From contig CAZJBS010000009.1 of NCBI GenBank assembly GCA_964544475.1, forward strand, positions 11,639-75,638: 64,000 nt of DNA, given 5' to 3'. Shown piece by piece: positions 18,382-28,315 of the stretch. Made by a program: the position numbers and the translations under genes. This DNA comes from an uncultured Bacteroidota bacterium. Its GTDB lineage: Bacteria; CLD3; SB21. The stretch's first letter is position 1, and every line of letters starts with the position of its first letter. A model generated the notes under the pieces. That model had not been told where the DNA came from, made no database searches, and worked only from the letters and a program-made list of their open reading frames with translations.

Positions 18382-19404
18382 ATGCAGGACCATGCACTCC
18401 ACCTGAGAACCGCCGGCAAGGAGGACGATCTCGAATTCGTCCGCACTTTGAATCAAACACGCGCCGCGATCGAAACTGAGCTGGCCAAGGTGATCGTTGG
18501 ACAAAAGGCCATAATTGACGAGTTGCTGATCGCGCTTTTCTCGAGAGGCCATTGCCTCCTGGTTGGTATTCCGGGGTTGGCCAAAACACTGCTGATCAAT
18601 ACGCTTTCCAATGTCCTGGATCTTAAATTTGGAAGAATTCAGTTCACACCGGATCTCATGCCCAGCGATATCGTCGGCACAGAGGTCATTGAAGAGAATA
18701 TATCCACCGGCCAGAAACAGTTTCGTTTTGTCCGTGGGCCGATCTTCGCCAACATGGTTTTGGCCGACGAAATAAACCGCACGCCCCCGAAGACGCAGTC
18801 GGCGCTTCTGGAGGCCATGCAGGAGCACAAGGTGACCGCGTCGGGCGCCACGTACACGATGGCCGAGCCTTTTTTTGTATTGGCCACCCAGAATCCAATT
18901 GAACAAGAGGGCACCTATCCCTTGCCCGAAGCGCAATTGGATCGTTTCATGTTCAATATCTGGATCGACTATCCATCATCGGATGAAGAAGTGCGGATAG
19001 TAAGATCCACGACGAGTTCGTACGAGTATGAGCTCAGGAAAGTCCTCAACGCGGAACAGATCATACTGTTTCAAAATCTGGTCCGGCGCGTTCCGGTTGC
19101 CGATCCGGTGATCCAGTATGCCGTTAACCTCGTCAGTATGACACGTCCACAATCGGCCACGGCTCCCGGTTTTGTCAAGGACTGGATCACATGGGGAGCC
19201 GGCCCACGGGCATCACAGTATTTGATTCTTGGCGCAAAAGCCAGGGCAATCCTGGACGGTCGGTTCACGCCTGACGTGGATGACGTCAAAGCGGTTGTTC
19301 GGCCTGTGCTCAGGCACCGTCTGATCACGAATTTTAATGCCGAAGCGGACGGCATCTCAACCCTTCATGTCATCGAGCGGCTCCTTGCCGAGAAATCATC
19401 GTGA
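18382..19404 (+). CDS. moxR: MoxR family AAA+ ATPase
   Basis: GIPGLAKT, RIQFTPDLMPSD, LADEINRTPPKTQSALLEAM, QNPIEQEGTYPLPEAQLDRF. Confidence 0.95.
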   Translation: MQDHALHLRTAGKEDDLEFVRTLNQTRAAIETELAKVIVGQKAIIDELLIALFSRGHCLLVGIPGLAKTLLINTLSNVLDLKFGRIQFTPDLMPSDIVGTEVIEENISTGQKQFRFVRGPIFANMVLADEINRTPPKTQSALLEAMQEHKVTASGATYTMAEPFFVLATQNPIEQEGTYPLPEAQLDRFMFNIWIDYPSSDEEVRIVRSTTSSYEYELRKVLNAEQIILFQNLVRRVPVADPVIQYAVNLVSMTRPQSATAPGFVKDWITWGAGPRASQYLILGAKARAILDGRFTPDVDDVKAVVRPVLRHRLITNFNAEADGISTLHVIERLLAEKSS

Positions 19405-19697
19405 ATTCTGGCGAGCACAAAGCGACCTTGATGTCTTTGCTGGAGAGCCGCTTCGGTTTGAAGAACGCGGAGGCGCGACTGTTGGCCGACCACATGGTCA
19501 CAGTGGGCGAAGATATTCTGAATGGAAAGCCGGCTGAGAAAATCCAGGCGGAAATTCGTTTGTTTCTGGATGAATATCGACAGGACATCTCAATTCTGGA
19601 GCATCGTCGAATGAACAGAATGAAGAACGATGGCAAGAAGCACAAAAAGAAGACCCAATTGGACATATTCAATACTGTCAAAGCATCGCAAGGTTGA
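19401..19697 (+). CDS. Hypothetical protein
   Basis: GTG start overlaps the moxR stop; ends 3 nt before cca; helical with a basic C-terminus. Confidence 0.6.
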   Translation: MNSGEHKATLMSLLESRFGLKNAEARLLADHMVTVGEDILNGKPAEKIQAEIRLFLDEYRQDISILEHRRMNRMKNDGKKHKKKTQLDIFNTVKASQG

Positions 19698-19700
19698 CCG

Positions 19701-21119
19701 GTGGAATCGCTCATTCGAGAAATAGGCCGGATTGCAGATCAGGAGGGGCTTGAAGCTTTTGTGGTTGGCGGCTTTGTCCGGGATCAATTGCTGAATCGAC
19801 CGGTCAAGGATTTTGATGTGATGGTTATTGGTGACGGTGTCGCCTTTGCTGAAAAAGTTGCGGAGGCTTTTTCGGTCGCCCCACCGGTCGTTTACCGGCA
19901 TTTCGGCACCGCCATGGTTTCAATGGGTAGTACCTATGATCAGCTCGTCGTTGAATTTGTGGGTGCCCGAAAAGAGAGCTACCGCAGGCCATCGCGAAAA
20001 CCTGACGTGGAATCGGCCGATCTGCCAAGCGATTTGGCGCGACGGGATTTCACGATCAATGCATTGGCGATGAGCATCAATTCGAAGACATACGGCTTAA
20101 TCACGGATCAATTCGGTGGCCGTGAGGACCTTGCAAAGAAAATTCTGCGGACACCGCTGGATCCCGACTCGACATTTTCGGACGATCCCCTGCGCATGAT
20201 GCGGGCCGTTCGCTTCGCCGCGCAGTTGGAGTTTGCTATTGACGGACCGACGTTCGAAGGCTTGCGGCGAAACGTCTCAAGGATCGGTATCGTGTCTCAG
20301 GAGCGTATCACCGATGAATTTCTGAAGATCATGTCATCGTCCAAACCGTCGATCGGACTGGAATTGTTGAAGGAAAGCGGTCTTCTTGATATTGTTTTGC
20401 CCGAAGTCGGGGCGCTGAATGGCGTCGAACAACAGCAGGGCTTTCTTCACAAAGACGTGTTCAAACACACGCTGCGCGTGGTTGACAACATGGCTGAATC
20501 CAGCGACGATGTGCGGATGCGGCTGGCCGCTCTGATGCACGATATTGGCAAACCGCGGACCAAACGTTTCATTGATGGCGTGGGATGGACTTTCCACGGT
20601 CACGAGGACGTTGGCTCCCGCATGGTCAAGGGCATAGGACGGAAAATGAAATGGCCCGTTGACATGACTGAGTATGTCTCGAAATTGGTACGTCTTCATA
20701 TGCGACCGATTCAACTGGTGCATGATGGCGTGACAGACAGCGCCATCCGCCGGCTGATTTTTGACAGCGGGGACGACGTGGATGAGCTGCTGCGCCTGTG
20801 CCGGGCGGACATCACCTCGGGTAACAAAGAGCGTGTTAAGAGACACTTGCAGAATTTTGAGCGAGTCCTTGAACGGGTGCGGGATGTCGAAGCCAAGGAC
20901 CGGTTGCGAGCCTTCCAGCCGCCGATTCGGGGCGAAGAAATCATGACGCTGTTTGGATTGTCGCCAGGTAAGAAAGTTGGGGCGTTGAAAAAACTCATTG
21001 AAGAGGCAATCCTTGAGGGCCTTATACCCAATGAGCATGACGCGGCGTACCGCTATTTGATGGATCACAAAGATGAAGTTCTAAACAATGATTGCCTGGA
21101 ATCGAGCGTCAAATCCTGA
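19701..21119 (+). CDS. cca: CCA tRNA nucleotidyltransferase / poly(A) polymerase family protein with HD domain
   Basis: VGGFVRD, DFDV, DLARRDFTINA, DDPLRMMRAVRF; HD region HKDVFKHT...MHDIGKP. Confidence 0.9.
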   Translation: MESLIREIGRIADQEGLEAFVVGGFVRDQLLNRPVKDFDVMVIGDGVAFAEKVAEAFSVAPPVVYRHFGTAMVSMGSTYDQLVVEFVGARKESYRRPSRKPDVESADLPSDLARRDFTINALAMSINSKTYGLITDQFGGREDLAKKILRTPLDPDSTFSDDPLRMMRAVRFAAQLEFAIDGPTFEGLRRNVSRIGIVSQERITDEFLKIMSSSKPSIGLELLKESGLLDIVLPEVGALNGVEQQQGFLHKDVFKHTLRVVDNMAESSDDVRMRLAALMHDIGKPRTKRFIDGVGWTFHGHEDVGSRMVKGIGRKMKWPVDMTEYVSKLVRLHMRPIQLVHDGVTDSAIRRLIFDSGDDVDELLRLCRADITSGNKERVKRHLQNFERVLERVRDVEAKDRLRAFQPPIRGEEIMTLFGLSPGKKVGALKKLIEEAILEGLIPNEHDAAYRYLMDHKDEVLNNDCLESSVKS

Positions 21120-21144
21120 CTTCTGTGGTTTGGGATGTCGCACA

Positions 21145-21639
21145 ATGTTCCGGTTGATCCTGTGGACAGGTTGTATGTCAATTTTGAGTCTCACCGCTGC
21201 GTGCCGTTCCAGAAAGCCCATTCCAGCCGAGGACCGCTGGGCCCAGGGTTTCCATGGTATTCCGTGGGGAAGCCCGGTGGCGGCCGTGGACAGTTTGCTC
21301 GGTGTTGACACGTCGTGGACCCGTGCAGGCATGATCGCGACACGGCCGGATCACGGAACCACGCACGTTCTGCGCCAGGGCCACCGGGAATATTACATTG
21401 ATTTCAACGCTTCAGGCCAACTCGCGGCTGTCAGTTACCTTTCCAACAAGGACAAATTGCCTGACGTGGTCGAACGGACATACCGGTTCTACGGAGAGCC
21501 GGACCGGCTGGATAGCCAGTCTTCTTTTACGAACCGTGAATGGACAGCCGGAAACGATACGTTTCAAATCGAATTGCAGATCCTGGAGACAGAAAACATG
21601 TTCTCATTCTTTGTACGCAACACGACGCTGCGCAGGTGA
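21145..21639 (+). CDS. Hypothetical lipoprotein
   Basis: From ATG 21145: MFRLILWTGCMSILSLTAAC, lipobox-like; precedes cheW by 2 nt. Confidence 0.6.
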   Translation: MFRLILWTGCMSILSLTAACRSRKPIPAEDRWAQGFHGIPWGSPVAAVDSLLGVDTSWTRAGMIATRPDHGTTHVLRQGHREYYIDFNASGQLAAVSYLSNKDKLPDVVERTYRFYGEPDRLDSQSSFTNREWTAGNDTFQIELQILETENMFSFFVRNTTLRR

Positions 21640-21641
21640 CC

Positions 21642-22169
21642 ATGGCAGACGACAAGCGGCTTTCATCCGAGGAGATACTTGAGGAAATTCGCCAACGCCG
21701 CTCGGAGGCGATCATCGAGGTCGACGAACAAACCCGACAGTTTGTCATCGCCAGTGTCGGAAGTGATCTCCTTGGCCTTCCGGGTTCGTTGATCATGGAA
21801 ATTCTCCCCAATTCGGGCATCACGTTTGTACCGGGCGTGCCTGATCATTTTCTTGGCGTCATCAATGTCCGTGGCGATCTGCAATCGGTCGTGGACGTCG
21901 CAAGGGTTCTCGGACTCTCCAGGTTTCCCAACCCGAAAATGGAGCGCATTCTGATCACGGAAGTTGCCGGCGTCTCGTCCGGCCTGTTGGTCGATTACGT
22001 GCAGGACATCGTGGATATTCCGGTCAGCAAGATTTCCGACTCGATCCGACACATGGAGAAGGCCCGTTCAAACTATTTTGTTGGTGAATTTGATTTCAAG
22101 TCGGAACCGGTCGTCTTGCTGAATGTTGCGAGACTATTTGAGGATTTGGTTGGGAAGCGGACAGAATAA
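21642..22169 (+). CDS. cheW: Chemotaxis coupling protein CheW
   Basis: ITFVPGVPDHFLGVINVRGDLQSVVDV, GLLVDYVQDIV. Start set at ATG 21642. Confidence 0.88.
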   Translation: MADDKRLSSEEILEEIRQRRSEAIIEVDEQTRQFVIASVGSDLLGLPGSLIMEILPNSGITFVPGVPDHFLGVINVRGDLQSVVDVARVLGLSRFPNPKMERILITEVAGVSSGLLVDYVQDIVDIPVSKISDSIRHMEKARSNYFVGEFDFKSEPVVLLNVARLFEDLVGKRTE

Positions 22170-22172
22170 GCG

Positions 22173-22547
22173 ATGCAGGACTTTGAGATACTCATTTTTC
22201 GGCTGGGTGACACGTATTTCGGAATCCGGGTTGACCAGGTTCAATCCATGACCGCCGGGATAACGGATACCGGGCGATCCATTGGGACGATGCTGGGTTG
22301 TCCGGATCAGATTGACGGTGACGACATGCATACGATTTTTCTGGTTGGTGGCGACCAGCGACCGATACGCATAGGAGGAATATCTGGCATGTATCGCGTA
22401 CCATTTTCGCAGGTTCGACCAATCCCAGCCTTGATTCAAAGTCATTTGGTGTCCCCACTGATCTGGGCGGCCGTTCTATGGTCCGCTGACCGTCAGGACA
22501 CGTTGGTTTTCCTGCTGGACTTCCTTAGAGATGGTGTGTTGGTATGA
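22173..22547 (+). CDS. Shortened CheW-like protein
   Basis: ILIFRLGDTYFGIRVDQVQSM start and LVFLLD end resemble CheW; the PxxxxGVINxRG hairpin is absent. Confidence 0.6.
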   Translation: MQDFEILIFRLGDTYFGIRVDQVQSMTAGITDTGRSIGTMLGCPDQIDGDDMHTIFLVGGDQRPIRIGGISGMYRVPFSQVRPIPALIQSHLVSPLIWAAVLWSADRQDTLVFLLDFLRDGVLV

Positions 22548-23662
22548 GAATGCCTGTACGAATCATGCTCATTGGCGGAATTCTTTTCGGTCTTGAATTC
22601 ATCATATTCTTGATTGGGATATGGATGGAATGGCCGGCCGTTTTGCAAGTGACCATTGCATTCATCGGGCTGCTGTTATGCGTGAGTGTGTTTCTGATCG
22701 CCGTTCATCGCATCCATGCCCCGATACAGCAGTTCGTTATGACGGCCGGGAGTGCCCGCCAAGAGATGGCGGACTATGACAACCTTACGCCTGTCGAAGT
22801 GCGTGAGTTCAGCCGACTACTTGCGGAGGAGGCGACGCTGAATGCCAGACGTCTTCAGGAAATGAAAATGGAAATGGACCGTCTCGCATCAATTCGTGCT
22901 ATCAACCAGCGGCATTGGCGGCGATATCAGACCTGGTCCCAACAAAGTCGTGATGGATTGGAAGTTGCATCCGCACGTCAACATGAAGCGAATCTGGCAG
23001 GCGCCGAACTGAGTGAACGTATTCAGCAATTACAGATCCGGGTCGACCGCGTAAAGGCCATGCGGGACGAACTGCAGGCGATGCTCTCAGACGCCGGGCG
23101 GCATCTGTCGGAAATCAGGGAAAGTCAGGACAGGAGGGTTCAGAGAGCTCAGCAACTTCTGAGGCGATTTGACGATATTCGTGACGTGATGAAGAGAATT
23201 CACTCAATAACCGATCAAACCAAGATAATTTCATTCAATGCAGGAATTGAGGCTTCATCCACAGTGGATGTGGGGAAGCGCTTTTCCATTGTCGCGGCAG
23301 ACATGCGCAAGTTGGCCCAGAACATCGGAGATGCCTATCAGGAAATCAAGGAGACTGTCGTTGAAATGCGTATGGAACTGGAAAATCTCACGGCAGGAGC
23401 GCGTGAAGGTGTCGAACATGCGGACAAAACAAGGGAATGTCTTAAGTCCGCTGAAATTCACACCGGGGGAGTCGGCGAAATCATGGCGGGGTGGACCAAT
23501 GACATCGGTGCAATGCAGGCGATCGGGGATCAAATCCGTCATCTGATGATAGAGACGATGTCGCAATTGAAAGCCTATGAAAGTGCAGAACAAGAGATCA
23601 GAAATACCCTGCAGGCCATGCCGCCTGAGACGGAGTCCACAGCATCTATCCACTTAACCTAG
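22544..23662 (+). CDS. Atypical methyl-accepting chemotaxis protein (two adjacent TMs, no periplasmic domain)
   Basis: Signalling tip DQTKIISFNAGIEASSTVDVGKRFSIVAADMRKLAQ. Confidence 0.75.
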   Translation: MRMPVRIMLIGGILFGLEFIIFLIGIWMEWPAVLQVTIAFIGLLLCVSVFLIAVHRIHAPIQQFVMTAGSARQEMADYDNLTPVEVREFSRLLAEEATLNARRLQEMKMEMDRLASIRAINQRHWRRYQTWSQQSRDGLEVASARQHEANLAGAELSERIQQLQIRVDRVKAMRDELQAMLSDAGRHLSEIRESQDRRVQRAQQLLRRFDDIRDVMKRIHSITDQTKIISFNAGIEASSTVDVGKRFSIVAADMRKLAQNIGDAYQEIKETVVEMRMELENLTAGAREGVEHADKTRECLKSAEIHTGGVGEIMAGWTNDIGAMQAIGDQIRHLMIETMSQLKAYESAEQEIRNTLQAMPPETESTASIHLT

Positions 23663-23671
23663 GTTGACGCC

Positions 23672-25369
23672 ATGAGATTCGGTCTAAAGTTGTTTTATGT
23701 TTTTATGGGATTTTCCATTGTAATCGGTCTCTTGTTTGCACTGGCCCTGTATGCTTTCGTATTCAGCAAAGCCGAAGCCGATCTCAAAGGGGAAATACAA
23801 AGCCACGCATACTCCCTGGCCGTAACCATGAGCCACTTTATCGATGCCGAAAAGCACGCCGCCATCCTGACCAGGGAAGATGAGAAGAGCAGCGGATATC
23901 GTGAAATTCAAGCCGTGCTCCGTACGTTCCGGGATAGCAATCGGAACGACAAAATCTATGTCAAATATGCTTACACCAAAGTGCTGGTCGGTTCGGATTC
24001 CATGGCCTATATCGTGGATGCGCAGGAAGATGACGGTTCCATTGCGTCCATCGATCCGATCACCGGGGACACGACGTTCAACTTCACACCCGTCGGTATG
24101 CGTTCAGAAATCAAGTGGCAGCAGAATTTCAAGGAAGCTTCCGTCAGCGATTTTTATACGGACTCGTGGGGCACATGGATTACGGGCGCTTCACCGATTG
24201 TGAATTCGTCTGGCCGTGTCGTGGCATTTTGCTATGTGGATGTGGATGGCATGAGAATTCGCTATGAGCTTTCCCACCTCCGTGATCGTATTTTTATTGT
24301 ATCGGGTTTGGCGCTATTGATTCTCATTGCGCTGTCGGCGGCTGTCAGTTTCTATATGGCCAATTATATCAATCGTCCATTGCAGTTGCTTCATGACGGA
24401 ATCATGCGCATTCGGGAGGGGAATTTTGATCAGTCAGTGAACATCAAGACGGGCGACGAGTTCCAGGAGCTTGGCGAAGCTTTTAACAAGATGACGGTTA
24501 ACATGCGCTCCATGGCAACGCAGTTGTCCAAAGGGTCAACGCAGATTGCGGAGAGTTCAAACGAGGTGCTGTCGATTTCACAGGAACAAGCGACCACATC
24601 GGGCCAACAATCCATATCGGTCACGGAAACGACGGCCACGATGGAAGAACTCTCCTCCACGTCTCGTTATATTGCAGAGAATTCGGAGTCGGTCGTCAAG
24701 ATTGCCGCCGAGACTCACGAGATTTCACAAAAAGCATTCGACTTGTCTCAGGTCGCCAAGGAAAAAATGGAGGAAATCCGCCGCAAGAGCGAACAGGATT
24801 CGACGGAGATCGGTGAACTCGGGCGAAAGATGCAAAAAATCACGGAAGTCATGGAAATCATCAACGACATCACGGAACAGACAAAGCTGATCTCCTTCAA
24901 CGCCGCATTGGAAGCGACAGGCGCTGGCGAATCCGGGAAACGTTTTTCCGTGGTGGCTGCGGAGATTCGTCGATTGGCGGAAAACGTGGCTGAATCGACC
25001 GACGAGATCAAGGGCACGGTCACGGAAATCCGGGTTGCCATGGAGGCGCTGGTCAAGTCGTCCCGGGAGAATGCCAATATCGTGCGCGAGGGCGTGGATA
25101 CCTTCAACAAGGTCTCCACCGTGCTCGAAAACATTCTGGTTGCGGCGCAGAACACGACAGAAGCGGCGAAACAGATTTCATTGTCGACGCAGCAACAAAG
25201 AACGGCGAGCGAACAAGTCGTGACGACATTGAAAGAAATATCGGAGGGGGCGAAGCATTTTGTAAAATCGAGTAACCAGGCGGCGACGATCGCTTCGGAC
25301 TTGAACGCCTTGTCCGAAGAACTGAAAAAGACGCTTGCGGAGTTTCGAATGGATGCGTCCAAGGTATGA
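23672..25369 (+). CDS. Methyl-accepting chemotaxis protein (TM-periplasmic sensor-TM-HAMP-MA)
   Basis: HAMP domain (RPLQLL...GDEFQELGEAFNKM); tip EQTKLISFNAALEATGAGESGKRFSVVAAEIRRLAE; TMEELS methylation-type site. Confidence 0.93.
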   Translation: MRFGLKLFYVFMGFSIVIGLLFALALYAFVFSKAEADLKGEIQSHAYSLAVTMSHFIDAEKHAAILTREDEKSSGYREIQAVLRTFRDSNRNDKIYVKYAYTKVLVGSDSMAYIVDAQEDDGSIASIDPITGDTTFNFTPVGMRSEIKWQQNFKEASVSDFYTDSWGTWITGASPIVNSSGRVVAFCYVDVDGMRIRYELSHLRDRIFIVSGLALLILIALSAAVSFYMANYINRPLQLLHDGIMRIREGNFDQSVNIKTGDEFQELGEAFNKMTVNMRSMATQLSKGSTQIAESSNEVLSISQEQATTSGQQSISVTETTATMEELSSTSRYIAENSESVVKIAAETHEISQKAFDLSQVAKEKMEEIRRKSEQDSTEIGELGRKMQKITEVMEIINDITEQTKLISFNAALEATGAGESGKRFSVVAAEIRRLAENVAESTDEIKGTVTEIRVAMEALVKSSRENANIVREGVDTFNKVSTVLENILVAAQNTTEAAKQISLSTQQQRTASEQVVTTLKEISEGAKHFVKSSNQAATIASDLNALSEELKKTLAEFRMDASKV

Positions 25370-25370
25370 A

Positions 25371-26072
25371 ATGAAGCTGGTTTTGTTTGATATTGATGGG
25401 ACGTTATTGATTTGCGGGAAGGCCCCCAGAATGGCCATCACGTCTGCGATGGAACGGGTTTTTGGAACGAGTGGCCGGGCCTTGAACCATTCCTTCTCCG
25501 GAAAGACCGACCCACAAATTATTACCGAACTGATGACGATGGAAGGCCGGGGAGCGGAAGAGATTGCCGAAGGCATGCCCAGGGTCGTCCGTCACTACGT
25601 GGAGGAGTTGGACAGGACTCTGCAACCTGCCGAGATCCGGCGGCTCAATGGCGTGACGGAGCTTTTGGCGGCCCTGCGAATTCGCACGGATGTGCATCTT
25701 GGAATCCTGACTGGCAATGTTGAAGAAGGCGCTCGGATCAAGTTGGACCGTGCCGGGCTGGCCGAGATTTTCTTCAATAACGGGTCCACCGTGGGCGCCT
25801 TTGGCAGCGATGCCATCCATCGCAGCGAATTGCCGGCCGTCGCGGTGCAACGTGCAAGGCATGTCTTGAATCATGAGTTTCGATCGAAAGATATTATCAT
25901 CATCGGCGACAGCCCAAATGATATCCTGTGTGGCAAGAGTCTAAACGTTCGCTCGGTGGCCGTCGCCACAGGTTGGCATTCCATGGAAGAACTAAAGGCC
26001 TGCGAACCTGACTTCGCCTTCGCTACGCTGGCCGGCACACAGGAGATTGTGAATGCCATCGTCAGCAACTGA
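25371..26072 (+). CDS. HAD-superfamily hydrolase
   Basis: LFDIDGTL, LTGN, IGDSPND. Start set at ATG 25371. Confidence 0.88.
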   Translation: MKLVLFDIDGTLLICGKAPRMAITSAMERVFGTSGRALNHSFSGKTDPQIITELMTMEGRGAEEIAEGMPRVVRHYVEELDRTLQPAEIRRLNGVTELLAALRIRTDVHLGILTGNVEEGARIKLDRAGLAEIFFNNGSTVGAFGSDAIHRSELPAVAVQRARHVLNHEFRSKDIIIIGDSPNDILCGKSLNVRSVAVATGWHSMEELKACEPDFAFATLAGTQEIVNAIVSN

Positions 26073-26081
26073 TGAAAGTCA

Positions 26082-26576
26082 TTGGAAAGAAAGCCGGGAA
26101 AGCCTATTATGGCACGAGACATGATGAAGAAGAACGTAAAAAGGTTTGCAAAGAAACCAGACTTCAAATTGGTTCTTGATGGTCGTGATTCGATTCGTCC
26201 GGATTTGTTGGAAACCTTTGAAAATGAATATGCCGGACGGCGAACGAGCGTTACCATTGAAACGGATGAATTTACGGCGGTATGTCCGTGGTCGGGCCTG
26301 CCGGATTTTGGAGAAATTACCGTCCAGTATGTTCCTGGGAGGAAGATCATCGAATTGCGCTCTTTCAAGTACTATCTTTTCAGTTACCGGACAGTTGGTA
26401 TCTACCAGGAGCATCTCACCCAGCGTCTTTTACAGGATCTTGTCGCCTGTTGTGATCCTGTGGAAATGACCGTTGTGGTCGACTACAACGTTCGGGGAGG
26501 CGTTCATACGACGACGACAGCGTCATACACCAATGTACGCCAGGCTAGGCCGTCGAAAGGAGGGCATCGACGGTGA
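26082..26576 (+). CDS. queF: NADPH-dependent preQ0 reductase (unimodular QueF)
   Basis: EFTAVCPWSGLPDF (catalytic Cys and Asp), IELRSFKYYL, RGG. Confidence 0.88.
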   Translation: MERKPGKPIMARDMMKKNVKRFAKKPDFKLVLDGRDSIRPDLLETFENEYAGRRTSVTIETDEFTAVCPWSGLPDFGEITVQYVPGRKIIELRSFKYYLFSYRTVGIYQEHLTQRLLQDLVACCDPVEMTVVVDYNVRGGVHTTTTASYTNVRQARPSKGGHRR

Positions 26577-27601
26577 GACCGGATGCTTCACGTAATGGCG
26601 GCCCCTGGAGGCCATCCGGCAAGATTCTCATTGTAGATGACAATGAGGAAATGGTTCATTTGTTGGGCGAATTCCTGCAGGATGCCGGTTATGTCGTTTT
26701 CAAGGCCTTCCACGGAAGTGAAGCCGTCGAAAAAGTGGAACAGGAAAACCCCGACTTGATTCTGCTTGATGCCATGATGCCGAGCATGTCTGGCTTTGAA
26801 GTGACGGAACGGCTGAAAGGTCAGGAGCGCACGCGACTCATACCGATTATCATGTTGACGGGACTGTCGGATGTGAGCGACAAAATCAAGGGTATCGAAG
26901 CCGGCGTGGATGACTTTGTCGTAAAGCCATTCAATCGTCTTGAGCTCCTCACTCGTGTGAAGTCCTTGCTTCGCGTCAAGACCTATACAGATGAACTTGA
27001 GAATGCAGAGACGGTCATCTTCAGTCTGGCGCTCGCCGTTGAAGCCAAGGATTCATATACCGAAGGTCATTGTAACCGTCTGTCCTATTACGGGGCCAAG
27101 TTGGCGGAGCGAATCAGCCTGCCAGGCGAAGTGGTCAAGGCCGTGCGGCGTGGCGGCATATTGCATGACATCGGCAAGATCGCCATTCACGATGGAATTC
27201 TTCTCAAGCAGGGCCCGCTGACGCCAGAAGAATTTGACGTTATCAAACAGCACCCCGTCATCGGAGAGAGAATTTGCAAACCGCTGAAATCTTTGAGCCA
27301 TGTGTTGCCGATTATCCGCAGCCATCAGGAGAGATGGAACGGGGGAGGCTATCCCGATGGCCTTCGCGGCGAAGACATACCCATTTCGGCGAGAGTCATC
27401 ATGACGGTGGATCTGTATGATGCCCTGACCACGCATCGGCCCTACCGCGAAGCCCTACCCGACGATGAAGCCATCCGGATCATGCGCGAGGAAACCAACG
27501 CCGGGCTTTGGGATCCTTACTTGATTGATGAATTTCTCCAGATGGTAAGCTCTCCAGAATTTGAAAAACCGCGCGAAACAAAAAGCCCGAGGTATCAATG
27601 A
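26573..27601 (+). CDS. Response regulator with HD-GYP domain (RpfG-like)
   Basis: REC domain (VDDN, LLDAMMP, KP) plus HDIGK...HQERWNGGGYPDGLRGE. Confidence 0.92.
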   Translation: MRPDASRNGGPWRPSGKILIVDDNEEMVHLLGEFLQDAGYVVFKAFHGSEAVEKVEQENPDLILLDAMMPSMSGFEVTERLKGQERTRLIPIIMLTGLSDVSDKIKGIEAGVDDFVVKPFNRLELLTRVKSLLRVKTYTDELENAETVIFSLALAVEAKDSYTEGHCNRLSYYGAKLAERISLPGEVVKAVRRGGILHDIGKIAIHDGILLKQGPLTPEEFDVIKQHPVIGERICKPLKSLSHVLPIIRSHQERWNGGGYPDGLRGEDIPISARVIMTVDLYDALTTHRPYREALPDDEAIRIMREETNAGLWDPYLIDEFLQMVSSPEFEKPRETKSPRYQ

Positions 27602-28296
27602 AAAGCCGTTCGCCAAAAGGCCATTCCGGTGACAGTGAAATGTTCGACAAATCCTACCGGAAAGAAGAGCCTTGGAGGCTGTTTCGCATTCTTGCGGAAT
27701 TTGTGGAGGGCATGGAAGAAATGGAGAAGGTTGGGCCGGCGGTGTCCATTTTTGGTTCCGCACGCACGAAGCGGGGTTCGGCCAACTACCGCCTGGCAGA
27801 ACAACTGGGCGGGTTGCTTGTCCGCGCGGGCTACGCGGTGATAACGGGAGGCGGGCCCGGCATCATGGAAGCCGCCAATCGCGGAGCGAAAATGGCCGCA
27901 GGCAAGTCGGTCGGCCTGAGCATTGACCTGCCTTTTGAAGCCAAAGCCAACGAATACCTGACGCATGAACTCTGGTTTAACTATTTCTTTGTTCGGAAGG
28001 TCATGTTTGTCAAGTACGCCGCGGGATTCATCGTACTGCCTGGCGGATTGGGCACGCTGGATGAATTCTACGAGGCCATCACGCTTATACAGACACAGAA
28101 GATCAAGCCATTTCCCATTGTCCTCGTCGGAAGGCGTTATTGGAAGGGTTTGGTTGAATGGATGAAAAACGTCATGCTGGCCGAAGGAAACATCAATCGT
28201 GAAGATTTGGACCTGTTTTTCGTCACCGATGATCCCGGGGAGGCCATACGATTTATCAAACGATTTTACCGAAAGAACAGCCGCAAAAGACGCTAA
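27598..28296 (+). CDS. LOG family (TIGR00730) nucleotide monophosphate nucleosidase-like protein
   Basis: VSIFGSAR, ITGGGPGIMEAANRGA, YFFVRKVMFVK, PGGLGTLDE. Confidence 0.92.
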   Translation: MKSRSPKGHSGDSEMFDKSYRKEEPWRLFRILAEFVEGMEEMEKVGPAVSIFGSARTKRGSANYRLAEQLGGLLVRAGYAVITGGGPGIMEAANRGAKMAAGKSVGLSIDLPFEAKANEYLTHELWFNYFFVRKVMFVKYAAGFIVLPGGLGTLDEFYEAITLIQTQKIKPFPIVLVGRRYWKGLVEWMKNVMLAEGNINREDLDLFFVTDDPGEAIRFIKRFYRKNSRKRR

Positions 28297-28315
28297 GCGG
28301 CCCGCCATAGCCCGC

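Noticed and set aside
26082-26576. QueF motif deviations (ELRSFK, GIYQE) suggesting a QueF-like amidinotransferase
   Set aside because: The catalytic Cys and Asp and the overall QueF motif are retained, and queG is present; ordinary QueF is the simpler reading.
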